Positions 15,836 through 23,789 of a DNA stretch of 24,000 bases are shown here, piece by piece. Origin of the DNA: Acidimicrobiales bacterium. GTDB taxonomy: Bacteria > Actinomycetota > Acidimicrobiia > Acidimicrobiales > CATQHL01. Below the pieces are notes generated by a model that ran no database searches, had not been told where the DNA came from, and was given only the letters and a program-made list of their open reading frames with translations. The stretch is from contig CAXXMX010000006.1 of the NCBI GenBank assembly GCA_963668565.2, positions 1 through 24,000 of the forward strand. The letters run 5' to 3'. The number at the start of each line of letters is the position of its first letter. Within the stretch, counting starts at the first letter, position 1. Made by a program: the position numbers and the translations under genes.

Positions 15836-16144
15836 TCAGCAGCCGAGTGCGTGGGCCACGGAGCGGCAGACGTCGCGCATGGTCCGTTCGTCCAACTCGC
15901 CGGCTCGCCGCGTTAGCGACGAGCGCCGCACGGTGTGCAGACCGTCGCAGTTCACGACCGAGGTCTCCGCCGTGCCTGCCTCGGGCACCCCGATGGGGAC
16001 TTCGACCGCCAGTCCACGGATGGTGGTGGTGATCTCTGCAACGGTGACCATCGCGCGCACGTCGATGACCTCGGGCCGGGTGAGCACTACGACCGGTCGC
16101 CGTTTCCGGCCGACCTCGGCCCACCACACATCCCCGCGGTTCAC
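15836..16144 (-). CDS. mazF: Type II toxin, PemK/MazF-family endoribonuclease
   Basis: MNRGDVWWAEVGRKRRPVVVLTRPEVI...AEITTTIRGLAVEVPIG...SVVNCDGLHTV. The GTG start overlaps the antitoxin stop (GTGA at 16141-16144). Confidence 0.85.
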   Translation of the reverse strand: MNRGDVWWAEVGRKRRPVVVLTRPEVIDVRAMVTVAEITTTIRGLAVEVPIGVPEAGTAETSVVNCDGLHTVRRSSLTRRAGELDERTMRDVCRSVAHALGC

Positions 16145-16350
16145 CGGTCACTCCATGCTTCGGCGCCGTCCCAGAAGTCGTCGGGCTGCTCGGGGTTTCG
16201 CTGGTATGCAACGCGATCGGCCATGGCCATGGCGCGTCGCACAGCCTCTGCAACGCCCTCGCGGGCTGCAGCGGAGAGGTTGATGTCGAGCCGCCGCGCC
16301 TGTTCGGCCAGAGTCTCGTCCAGGGTGAAAGTGGTGCGCATCGTTGCCAT
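16141..16350 (-). CDS. Type II antitoxin (ribbon-helix-helix type) partner of MazF
   Basis: 69 aa, MATMRTTFTLDETLAEQARRLDINLSAAAREGVAEAVRRA..., with an acidic C-terminus. It lies upstream of the toxin, overlaps it, and is preceded by a palindromic operator. Confidence 0.8.
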   Translation of the reverse strand: MATMRTTFTLDETLAEQARRLDINLSAAAREGVAEAVRRAMAMADRVAYQRNPEQPDDFWDGAEAWSDR

Positions 16351-16353
16351 GCC

Positions 16354-16390
16354 GTGATGCTATCACTAGTAATAGCATCACGTGCTATCA
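16354..16390. promoter_or_regulatory. Candidate operator/promoter of the toxin-antitoxin operon
   Basis: The 10-bp perfect inverted repeat GTGATGCTAT-cactagta-ATAGCATCAC (16354-16381) starts 4 bp upstream of the antitoxin ATG. A third half-site, GTGCTATCA, is at 16382-16390. The patch is locally AT-rich. Confidence 0.6.
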
Positions 16391-16398
16391 ATTCCCGG

Positions 16399-16513
16399 TG
16401 TCGGCGACGGCCTGCATCCACGGTCCCACGACAGTGCCGCCGCCGGTTGCGACGGCGCGGCGTGGCGTGATTCCGGCGGCCTCGATGTGGCGGCGCACGA
16501 CGAATCCGGCGGC
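16399..16513 (-). pseudogene. Fragment: partial duplicate of the FGGY kinase gene
   Basis: By my manual alignment, 115 bp align with 17317-17430 of the intact kinase gene at about 90% identity. The fragment encodes AAGFVVRRHIEAAGITPRRAVATGGGTVVGPWMQAVAD; the intact gene encodes AAGFVVRRHIEAAGITPRRIVATGGGTVVGPWMQALAD. Homology stops abruptly on both sides. Confidence 0.8.
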
Positions 16514-16539
16514 ATGACCGGCTCCCCGGGGACCGGCGG

Positions 16540-16850
16540 TCTCGCTCAGTCCGCGTGACGAGATCCGCGCCGAGCTGAACCCCATCGGGACGGTCTCGAC
16601 GAAGCTGCTGCACACCGCCGGCTGACGACTTCACCACGAGGGAGACTCGCCACCACGGGCGATGTCGATCCGCTGTCGCTTAAGCGAAGCTGAGGAAGCC
16701 GCTCGTCCCGTGGGCGCATCGACGGCGGCACCGGAATCGGCCTTTCCCTGGTCAGGGCGATCGCGCAACGGCACGGAGGCACTGTCCGCGTTGATGATTC
16801 GGGGAGTGTCGGCGGTGCTCCGTTTCACCCTCGAACTGCCGCGGTCCGGA
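16540..16850 (+). pseudogene. Remnant of a sensor histidine kinase C-terminus (HATPase_c), with multiple frame disruptions
   Basis: The best segment, 16709-16830, reads RGRIDGGTGIGLSLVRAIAQRHGGTVRVDDSGSVGGA. After a frameshift it continues RFTLELPR. Upstream pieces (..LLHTAG*RLHHEGDS.., ..GDVDPLSLKRS*) are in other frames. There is no start codon and no N-terminal domains. Confidence 0.5.
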
Positions 16851-17103
16851 GTCGAGTCGTCGAGTTCGGTCCATCGCCCGGCGTGGACCTCGCCGCGGGT
16901 GAGACGCTCGACCTTGTGTTACCGGCCGACCTGATCTCGCCAGATGCCTATGCCGTCCACCCCGAGTCTTCACCCTGTCCATGACAGCCGGCAAGGCCCG
17001 TTCTGGCAGCCGCCCACGCGCTGAAGTGGACTTGGCCCTGCATGTCGTCCGCACGAGCGGGGTTTCGCAAACGGGAAGTCGGCAGCTCGCCGGCCCGGTG
17101 GCT

Positions 17104-18459
17104 CTAGGCCTCAGCCAGCAGGCCTTCGAAGCGCCGGTAGCGCTGCTCGGCGGGGCCCGTCCACCGGGGGTCCGGCTCGACGATGCGGGCCGTGCGGGCC
17201 CAGCGGGCACCCTCGGCCAGGTCGGTTTCCAACCCGGCGACCAGGCGGGCGGCGAAGGCGGCGCCGAGTGCCGCGCTCTCGGGGGTGGCGCCGACGTGCA
17301 CGGGGAGGTTGCAGCAGTCGGCGAGGGCCTGCATCCACGGTCCCACGACGGTGCCGCCGCCGGTCGCCACGATGCGACGGGGCGTGATACCGGCGGCCTC
17401 GATGTGGCGTCGCACGACGAATCCGGCGGCCTCCAGGGCCGCCCGGTGGAGGTGCGTCTGGCGGTGTGTGGCCTCCAAGCCCAGGAGAGATGCCGTGCGG
17501 GCCTTTCCGGCAGTGGGAGTGCGTTCGGGGTGAATCGAGGGGATCCACACGGGCAGGTCCGCGGGATCGATGCCCGCCAGCAGCGCCGTGAATTCCTCGT
17601 CGCCCGGCGGGTCGCCCAGCATCGCCCGCACCCGGTCCCGGAAGAGCCCGCCGGCGTTGCTCGGGCCGCCCACGAGGAACCGATCGGCGGCCACGTGGGG
17701 AATCGTCCACAGGCCGTCGAGTTCCAGCCAAGTGTCGGTGACGGCCCAGCACAGCAGGGTGCTGCCGAGTGTGACGATGATGTCGCCCACGTCGAGAGCC
17801 CCGGCGACGGCCAGCTCCGCGAGGCCGTCCACGATGCCGGCGCCCAGCGGGATTCCCTCGATGTCGCCGGCCGGAACCCAGCCCGCCACGAGCGTCGGGA
17901 GCTGCTCGGAATCGACGCCGAGCTCGCCGCAGAGTGCCGGATCCCAGCCCGTGCCGTCGAAGACCGGCATCGCGGTCATCGCAGTGGCGGTGTCGAGGGC
18001 CGCCACCCCGCCGAGGGCGTGGTTGACCACGGTCTGCGCCGGCCAGAACCCGGCGGCGTCACGGTGGCGGCCTGCCAGGTGGCGAAGGAATCCGACCCAC
18101 TCCTCGTTGCCCACCGGTGGCAGGTCGGCGATGGCCTCGCCGCGGGCGTCGCCGTACAGGAGGCCCGCGCCGAGCGGCACGCCCCGGTCGTCGACGGCAG
18201 TGAGCGACGGCACCATGGCGGCCACGCACACCGCCTGCGGATCGCCCGCTCGGCGCACGTCGGCCCAGGCCGCCAGCGGTCCGGCGTGCCAGGCGCTCGC
18301 GGCGTCGTGCTCCAGCAGCCCCGGCGCCGGTACGCGCAACTCGTGCGGCCGCCGGGTGCGGGCCAGGATCCGGCCTTCGGCGTCGACGGCGACCGCTTTG
18401 ACCGACGTGGTGCCGACATCGATACCGATCGTGACGGGTGGCCCGCCGTTGCCGCTCAC
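17104..18459 (-). CDS. FGGY-family carbohydrate kinase (xylulokinase-like)
   Basis: VTIGIDVGTTSVKAVAVDAEGRIL..., ...GGPSNAGG..., ...IVATGGGTVVGPWMQALAD.... The GTG start at 18459 overlaps the lhr stop (GTGA at 18456-18459). Confidence 0.85.
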   Translation of the reverse strand: MSGNGGPPVTIGIDVGTTSVKAVAVDAEGRILARTRRPHELRVPAPGLLEHDAASAWHAGPLAAWADVRRAGDPQAVCVAAMVPSLTAVDDRGVPLGAGLLYGDARGEAIADLPPVGNEEWVGFLRHLAGRHRDAAGFWPAQTVVNHALGGVAALDTATAMTAMPVFDGTGWDPALCGELGVDSEQLPTLVAGWVPAGDIEGIPLGAGIVDGLAELAVAGALDVGDIIVTLGSTLLCWAVTDTWLELDGLWTIPHVAADRFLVGGPSNAGGLFRDRVRAMLGDPPGDEEFTALLAGIDPADLPVWIPSIHPERTPTAGKARTASLLGLEATHRQTHLHRAALEAAGFVVRRHIEAAGITPRRIVATGGGTVVGPWMQALADCCNLPVHVGATPESAALGAAFAARLVAGLETDLAEGARWARTARIVEPDPRWTGPAEQRYRRFEGLLAEA

Positions 18460-21400
18460 CGCAGCGACGCCCCCACGGGCGGCTCCGCGTGCTCGCCATC
18501 GGGCATCGGGCCCTCCAGGGTCTCCGGGGAGGGGAGGGGCAGACCGTCGATGTACGTGACCGTTCGGGTCGCGACGGCCGGGACTCGAGGGCCGGGCGTG
18601 ACGATTCCGGTGAGGTTCAGCGGATCGGTCGCCGAGATCTCCACCCGCTCACTGGTGCGCTCGCTGCGGCGCACGCGGCGCAACTCGTCGACGGCGGCCG
18701 GCAGCGCGAACTGCTCTCCGGTGAACCCGGTCACGAAGCGCCCGCCGCGGACGACGCCGCGAGCCTCCAGGCGGCGCAGCGCCCACAGCACCTCGCGCCA
18801 GGGCAAAGCCAGGGTCTCCATCGCCCGGAGGTCGCGGAAAACCACCCCCCAACGTGCCAGGAGTTGCTCGGCGACCGCCTCGGCCAGCTCGTCGGACTCG
18901 AACTCGCCGTCGGGAGCGACCAGCAGAGACCATCGTCCCACCGGGCCGGTCAGTCCCTGCGCCCCCCGGCGCAATCCTCGCCGCGGCTGCTGGCGGCTGC
19001 CGTAGACGCCCCGGCGCGGTCCCCCGAGCAGGGAACGCAGCGCGCCGAAGCTGTCGGCTGTCAGGAGGCCGCGGGCGACGCCGTCGGTGAGTCCCGATTC
19101 GATGTCGGTTAGGAGCCGCCCGCAATCTGCGGCCAGCTCGTTGGCGAAACGGGCGCCGTGGCGTTCGAGGGATTCGGCGATCTCTGCGGTCGCACCGGCG
19201 TCGGGCACCGCGGGCATCTCGGCGCCGCGGGCCGCCGCTGTCAGCCAGTCGAAGTCACCGCGCAGTCCAAGCGTCACCGGTGTAACGCGGGACGTGGCGG
19301 TTCCGGGGCGCCCCTCGTCGCCACGTCGCAGTCCCAGGCGACCCCAGGCAAGCTCGCCCGACAGACACAGGTCGTCCAGCCAGACGGGCAGGTAGCCGTC
19401 GATGCGCCGGGCGAGGATCTGCTTCTCCCAGGTTCCCGCAGCCGTCTCGAATCCCTGCAATTGCTCGATCACGGCGCTGAGCCCGGCGCGGCCCCGCACC
19501 TGCGTGCCGGGCGCCACATGCTGCCAACGGAACAGGAAGCGCATGAAGTCCTGTGCGGTGACCGGCTGGATGTCCTGGCGGCGCCGGCGCTGGGAGTAGA
19601 CGTGGATGCGTGCCAGCAGGCGGCGGCTGCACCACTCGGACTCGGCTGCGTCTGTTGAGGCCGGCGTCTGCGGGCGGAACTGACCGGAGAGGGCGAAACC
19701 CTCCGCCTGCAGTGCCGCAAGAGCGATCTTGGTGGTTCCGAGCCCCAGCGACGTGGCCGCCGCGAGCTCCGCGACGGTCACCGGCCCCATGACCTCGAGG
19801 TGACCGCGAATCGCCTCGATTGCCACGTCGGCAGGGTCGCCGATGTCGGTCGGCTCGTCCGCGCCGTCGCCTGCCGGTATGTCCTCGCCCAGCAGGGCAG
19901 CCACAGCCGGGCGCAACTCGGTCGTGCACCAGTAACCGCCGACGGTGCCCACCCGCCCGGCGGCGGCCAGCCGGCCGTACAGGCCCTCCCAGCCGGCCCG
20001 CGGCCGGCACAGCACCAGCTGTGCCAGCAGGTCGTGCAACTCGTCGGGGTCGCGCACGTCGGGCGCCACCTCGGCGCAGGTGCGTGCGATGGCGTCGGGG
20101 TGCAGCGCGCCGATCTCGCTGAGGTCCACGGGCAGCCCACGCGGTAGCCGCACCGCCCGGGTCCTCCGCTCCTCCAGCGGCGCCTCGTCGAGGAAGGTGA
20201 AGGGGCGGCCGTTGAGGATCTCGTGCGCGAGGGGGGAGGGCTCGGGGGTGTCGCGGAACTCGACGGCCACCTCGCCGGTCCGCAGCGCCTTGAGCAGTTC
20301 GACGAGCCCGTCGATGTCGGTGGCCTCGTGCAGGGCGTCGTGGAGGGTCTGGCGCACCAGCAGGTGGTCGGGGATGGGGATCGGCCCGGGATTGTTGTCC
20401 CCGCAGGCGGCGAGGCCGGGGAACACCGCGGCCATCACGTCGTCGGCCTCCATGCGCTGGATCGGCGGCGGGTTGCGCTTGCCGCCCTTGAAGCGCAGCA
20501 CGGTCAGCGCCCGGTTGAGGTTCCAGCGCCAGCGCACCCCGAACAGTGGTGACACGATGATGGCCTGCGTCAGCACGTCGGTCACGGAGCCGGGGTCCAA
20601 CATCCGCGGCACGTCGGAGAGCGGGAAGCTGTGCTGCGGGCCGAGCGACAGCACCACGGCGTCGTCGTTGGCCGCGGCCTGCAGTTCGAAGTCGAACGTG
20701 CGGCAGAAGCGTTTGCGCAGCGCCAGACCCAGCCCGCGGTTCAGGCGCCCCCCGTGGGGGCTGTGGATCACGAGTTGCATGCCGCCGGTCTCGTCGAAGA
20801 AGCGCTCGATAATCAGCCGCCGCCGCGTGGGCAGCGAGCCCAGAGCGGCCCGGGCGGCGGCGAGGTACGACACGACGGCCTCGGCGGCAACATCGGAGAC
20901 GCCGCAGCGCTCGGCGGTGGCGGCGCGGGCGCCGTCGGGGTCACCGGCGGCGAGGAACTCCTCGACCAAGCTGCGCAGGTCGCTGACCTCGTTGCTCAAC
21001 TCCGCGGTGCGGGAGGGAGCCTCGCCCAGCCAGAACGGCACCGTGGGCGGCGCACCCTCGGCGTCGACCACCCGCACCACTCCGGACTCGATGCGCCTGA
21101 TCCGCCAACTGTGCGACCCCAGGAGGAACACGTCGCCGGCCATGGATTCGATGGCCCAGTCCTCGTTGACCGTCCCCAGGAACGTGTCGTCGGGGTCGAG
21201 CAGCACGCGGTAGTCGGCCACGTCCGGGATCGCTCCGCCGGAGGTCAGCGCTGCCAGGCGTGCGCCACGGCGCCCCGCGGCCTCGCCGGCCGCGGTGTCC
21301 ACGTGGACGTAGTCGCCGCGGCGACCGCGCCCGGTGGTGACGCCGGTGTTCACGAAGCGGAGCGTCTCGTCGAAGTCGGTGCGCGTCAGGTCCGCGTAGG

Positions 21401-22796
21401 GAGCCGCCCGGCGTACCAGCTCGAACAGGGGCTCGATCTCCCAGCGCTCTGCGGCGCACTCGGCGGTGATCTGCTGCGCCAGCACGTCGAGGGGAGCGAC
21501 GGGTGGGGACACCGCATCGAGCCGCCCGGCCCGCACCCCGGCCAGCAACGCGGCGCACTCCACGAGCTGGTCGCGGGTCGTGGGGAACAGCCGACCCTTG
21601 GGCACGGCACCCACCGAGTGGCCGGAGCGGCCGACCCGCTGCAGGAACGTGGCCATGCTGCGGGGACTGCCGATCTGGCACGCCAGATCGATCGGGCCGA
21701 TGTCGATTCCCAGCTCCAGCGAGGCGGTGGCCACGAGCGCGCGCAGGTCGCCGGCCCGGAGCCGGGTCTCCACCCTCAGGCGGCGTTCCTTGGAGAGCGA
21801 GCCGTGGTGGGAGGCCACCTCGCTGTCGCCCAGCCGTTCGGCCAGCAGGTGGGCGATGCGCTCGGCCTCGCGCCGGGTGTTGACGAATACCAGCGTTGTG
21901 TGGTGGGCCTCGATCAACTCCGCGATCCTGTCGAGGATCTCAGCGGTCTGTTCGGCCGGCGCCACGGCCTCCAGCTCGCTCGGCGGCAGCTCGAGGGCAA
22001 GATCCAACTCCCGCCGGTGCCCGACATCGATCACCGCCGATCCGGCCCCGGCTCTGCTCCCGTTGCCGCCGGCGACATCCGGAGTGCCCGCGCCGACGAG
22101 CAGTCGCTGGATCGTCGCGATGGGGCGCTGCGTGGCCGACAGTCCGATCCGCAACGGCCTCTGCTCGCAGACGTGCTCCAGCCGTTCCAGGCTCAGCGCC
22201 AGGTGGGACCCGCGCTTGTCGCGGGCCACCGCGTGGATCTCGTCCACGATCACCCATCGGGCCGTCCGCAGCATCTCCCGGCTGCGCGCCGCGGTCAGCA
22301 GGAGGTACAAGGACTCGGGCGTGGTGATGACGAAGTTGGGCGGGTTGCGCAGCATCGCGGCCCGGGCCGACGGGGTGGTGTCGCCGGAGCGGACGGCCAC
22401 ACGCAGTGGCGGAGGTTCGTAGCCCATCTCGCGGGCGATCTTCTCGATCTCGGCGAGCGGGCGGGTGAGGTTCTCGCTGATGTCGGTGGCGAGGGCCTTT
22501 AGAGGCGACACGTAGACCACCTGGGTCTGCCCGGCCACCGGCTCGCCCCGCTCGTGGGCCTGCCAGAGGGCGTCGATGGCCACGAAGAACGCCGACAGGG
22601 TCTTGCCCGACCCGGTGGGGGCGCTCACGAGCGTGTCGACGCCGGAAGCGATGGCAGGCCAGGCGCCGGCCTGCGCGGGCGTCGGCCCGGCCGGGAAGCG
22701 CTGCTCGAACCAGGCGCGGACCGCGGGATGGAAGCCGGCCAGGGCGTCGGCGGCATCGGGTCCGGGGGTGTGCGAAGTGACGGCGACGGCGGTCAA
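18456..22796 (-). CDS. lhr: Lhr-type large ATP-dependent DNA helicase (superfamily 2, DEAH)
   Basis: 1446 aa. Motifs: PTPAQAGAWPAI, motif I SAPTGSGKTL, motif II VIVDEIHAV, SATQ, HHGSLSKERR and LELGIDIG, followed by the long Lhr-specific C-terminal extension. TTG start at 22796, preceded by AGGAA. Confidence 0.9.
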   Translation of the reverse strand: MTAVAVTSHTPGPDAADALAGFHPAVRAWFEQRFPAGPTPAQAGAWPAIASGVDTLVSAPTGSGKTLSAFFVAIDALWQAHERGEPVAGQTQVVYVSPLKALATDISENLTRPLAEIEKIAREMGYEPPPLRVAVRSGDTTPSARAAMLRNPPNFVITTPESLYLLLTAARSREMLRTARWVIVDEIHAVARDKRGSHLALSLERLEHVCEQRPLRIGLSATQRPIATIQRLLVGAGTPDVAGGNGSRAGAGSAVIDVGHRRELDLALELPPSELEAVAPAEQTAEILDRIAELIEAHHTTLVFVNTRREAERIAHLLAERLGDSEVASHHGSLSKERRLRVETRLRAGDLRALVATASLELGIDIGPIDLACQIGSPRSMATFLQRVGRSGHSVGAVPKGRLFPTTRDQLVECAALLAGVRAGRLDAVSPPVAPLDVLAQQITAECAAERWEIEPLFELVRRAAPYADLTRTDFDETLRFVNTGVTTGRGRRGDYVHVDTAAGEAAGRRGARLAALTSGGAIPDVADYRVLLDPDDTFLGTVNEDWAIESMAGDVFLLGSHSWRIRRIESGVVRVVDAEGAPPTVPFWLGEAPSRTAELSNEVSDLRSLVEEFLAAGDPDGARAATAERCGVSDVAAEAVVSYLAAARAALGSLPTRRRLIIERFFDETGGMQLVIHSPHGGRLNRGLGLALRKRFCRTFDFELQAAANDDAVVLSLGPQHSFPLSDVPRMLDPGSVTDVLTQAIIVSPLFGVRWRWNLNRALTVLRFKGGKRNPPPIQRMEADDVMAAVFPGLAACGDNNPGPIPIPDHLLVRQTLHDALHEATDIDGLVELLKALRTGEVAVEFRDTPEPSPLAHEILNGRPFTFLDEAPLEERRTRAVRLPRGLPVDLSEIGALHPDAIARTCAEVAPDVRDPDELHDLLAQLVLCRPRAGWEGLYGRLAAAGRVGTVGGYWCTTELRPAVAALLGEDIPAGDGADEPTDIGDPADVAIEAIRGHLEVMGPVTVAELAAATSLGLGTTKIALAALQAEGFALSGQFRPQTPASTDAAESEWCSRRLLARIHVYSQRRRRQDIQPVTAQDFMRFLFRWQHVAPGTQVRGRAGLSAVIEQLQGFETAAGTWEKQILARRIDGYLPVWLDDLCLSGELAWGRLGLRRGDEGRPGTATSRVTPVTLGLRGDFDWLTAAARGAEMPAVPDAGATAEIAESLERHGARFANELAADCGRLLTDIESGLTDGVARGLLTADSFGALRSLLGGPRRGVYGSRQQPRRGLRRGAQGLTGPVGRWSLLVAPDGEFESDELAEAVAEQLLARWGVVFRDLRAMETLALPWREVLWALRRLEARGVVRGGRFVTGFTGEQFALPAAVDELRRVRRSERTSERVEISATDPLNLTGIVTPGPRVPAVATRTVTYIDGLPLPSPETLEGPMPDGEHAEPPVGASLR

Positions 22797-22937
22797 GGTG
22801 ATTCCTGGGTTCGTCCGGCTCCGGGCGGTCCGCCGGGGATCCGGACGAACGCATCGGTTAGAACTGTTGTTCGTATCAGGCTAGCGCGCGGCGCCTGCCC
22901 ACAGGGCGAACGATAGGCGCACTCGGGTGGCGGCGGG

Positions 22938-22964
22938 CGGTGCCGGGGCGGTGCCGGGGCGGTG
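22938..22964. repeat. Short tandem repeat (11 bp x about 2.5) in the lhr/livF intergenic region
   Basis: CGGTGCCGGGG CGGTGCCGGGG CGGTG, read directly from the sequence. Confidence 0.6.
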
Positions 22965-23021
22965 TGGCGGGCGCTGGTACGGTGCGGCGCGATGATGGGG
23001 GATGCAGCTGGTGGGGCGCCC

Positions 23022-23789
23022 ATGCTCGAGGTGTCGGGACTGAGCGTCCGCTACGGCCACGCCCTGTCGGTGCTGCACGGCGTGGACATGCAAGTACTGC
23101 CCGGCACGGTGGTTGCCCTGCTGGGGGCCAACGGCGCCGGCAAGACAACCCTGCTCCGCGCCCTCACGGGGCTGCTGTCGTTCCACGACGGGCGCATCAC
23201 CGCGGGCGAGGTGCTGTTCGAGGGGGTGCCGGTCGGGCGAGCCTCCGCCACGGCCCTGGTGCGTCGGGGCATGGCGCAGGTCATGGAGGGTCGACGGATC
23301 TTCGCCGAGCTCACTGTGGAGGAGAATCTGCGGGCGGGCGCGGTCACGGTACGGGACCGCCGCAGCGTGGCCGCCACGACCAGGGAGGTCCTGGAGGGGT
23401 TCCCGCTGCTCGCCGAGCGGCGTGGTAACCAGGCCGGATATCTCTCCGGCGGTGAGCAGCAGATGTTGGCCATCGGGCGGGCGCTGATGAGTTCCCCTCG
23501 CCTGCTGCTGCTCGATGAGCCCTCCCTGGGGCTGGCGCCGCTGATCGTGGCGCAGATCGCAGAGAGGATCGGCGCCCTCAACGCCGCCGGCACCACCGTC
23601 CTGCTGGTGGAACAGAACGCCGCCATGGCACTGGCCTCATCGCCCCGAGTTGCTGGAGTTCCCCGAGTCGGCGGCGGGTTGGATCACGATCGATGGCTTG
23701 CGGACTGGTGGGATGTGCGGGATCCATACCGACGGGGCGCTGCAGTGTTGGGGAGGGGAGGACTTCCACCTGGGTGGCCCGCCGGATGA
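23022..23789 (+). pseudogene. livF: LivF/BraG-like branched-chain amino-acid ABC ATPase gene, 3'-truncated and reading into unrelated sequence
   Basis: MLEVSGLSVRYG..., Walker A GANGAGKTT, MEGRRIFAELTVEENL, signature YLSGGEQQMLAIGRAL, Walker B LLLLDEPSLGLAP and VLLVEQNA. Family similarity ends at about 23637. The remaining ~50 codons (SSPRVAGVPRVGGGLDHDRW...) are an off-frame reading of RCC1-repeat DNA. No livG, livH or livM partners are adjacent. Confidence 0.65.

Noticed and set aside
16981-19005. 674-aa plus-strand ORF, together with other long ORFs opposite or off-frame to real genes (20631..22502 +, 19945..21213 +, 21940..22854 -, 9814..11106 -, 10862..11749 -, 4033..4767 -, 5166..6140 +, 1026..2057 -, 6718..7512 -, 7910..8800 -)
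   Set aside because: They overlap confidently assigned genes (FGGY kinase, lhr, dehydratase, binding protein, MBL genes, IS transposase). Their translations are Arg/Pro/Gly/Ala-rich with no recognisable motifs. This is the expected stop-poor shadow-frame behaviour of ~70% GC DNA.
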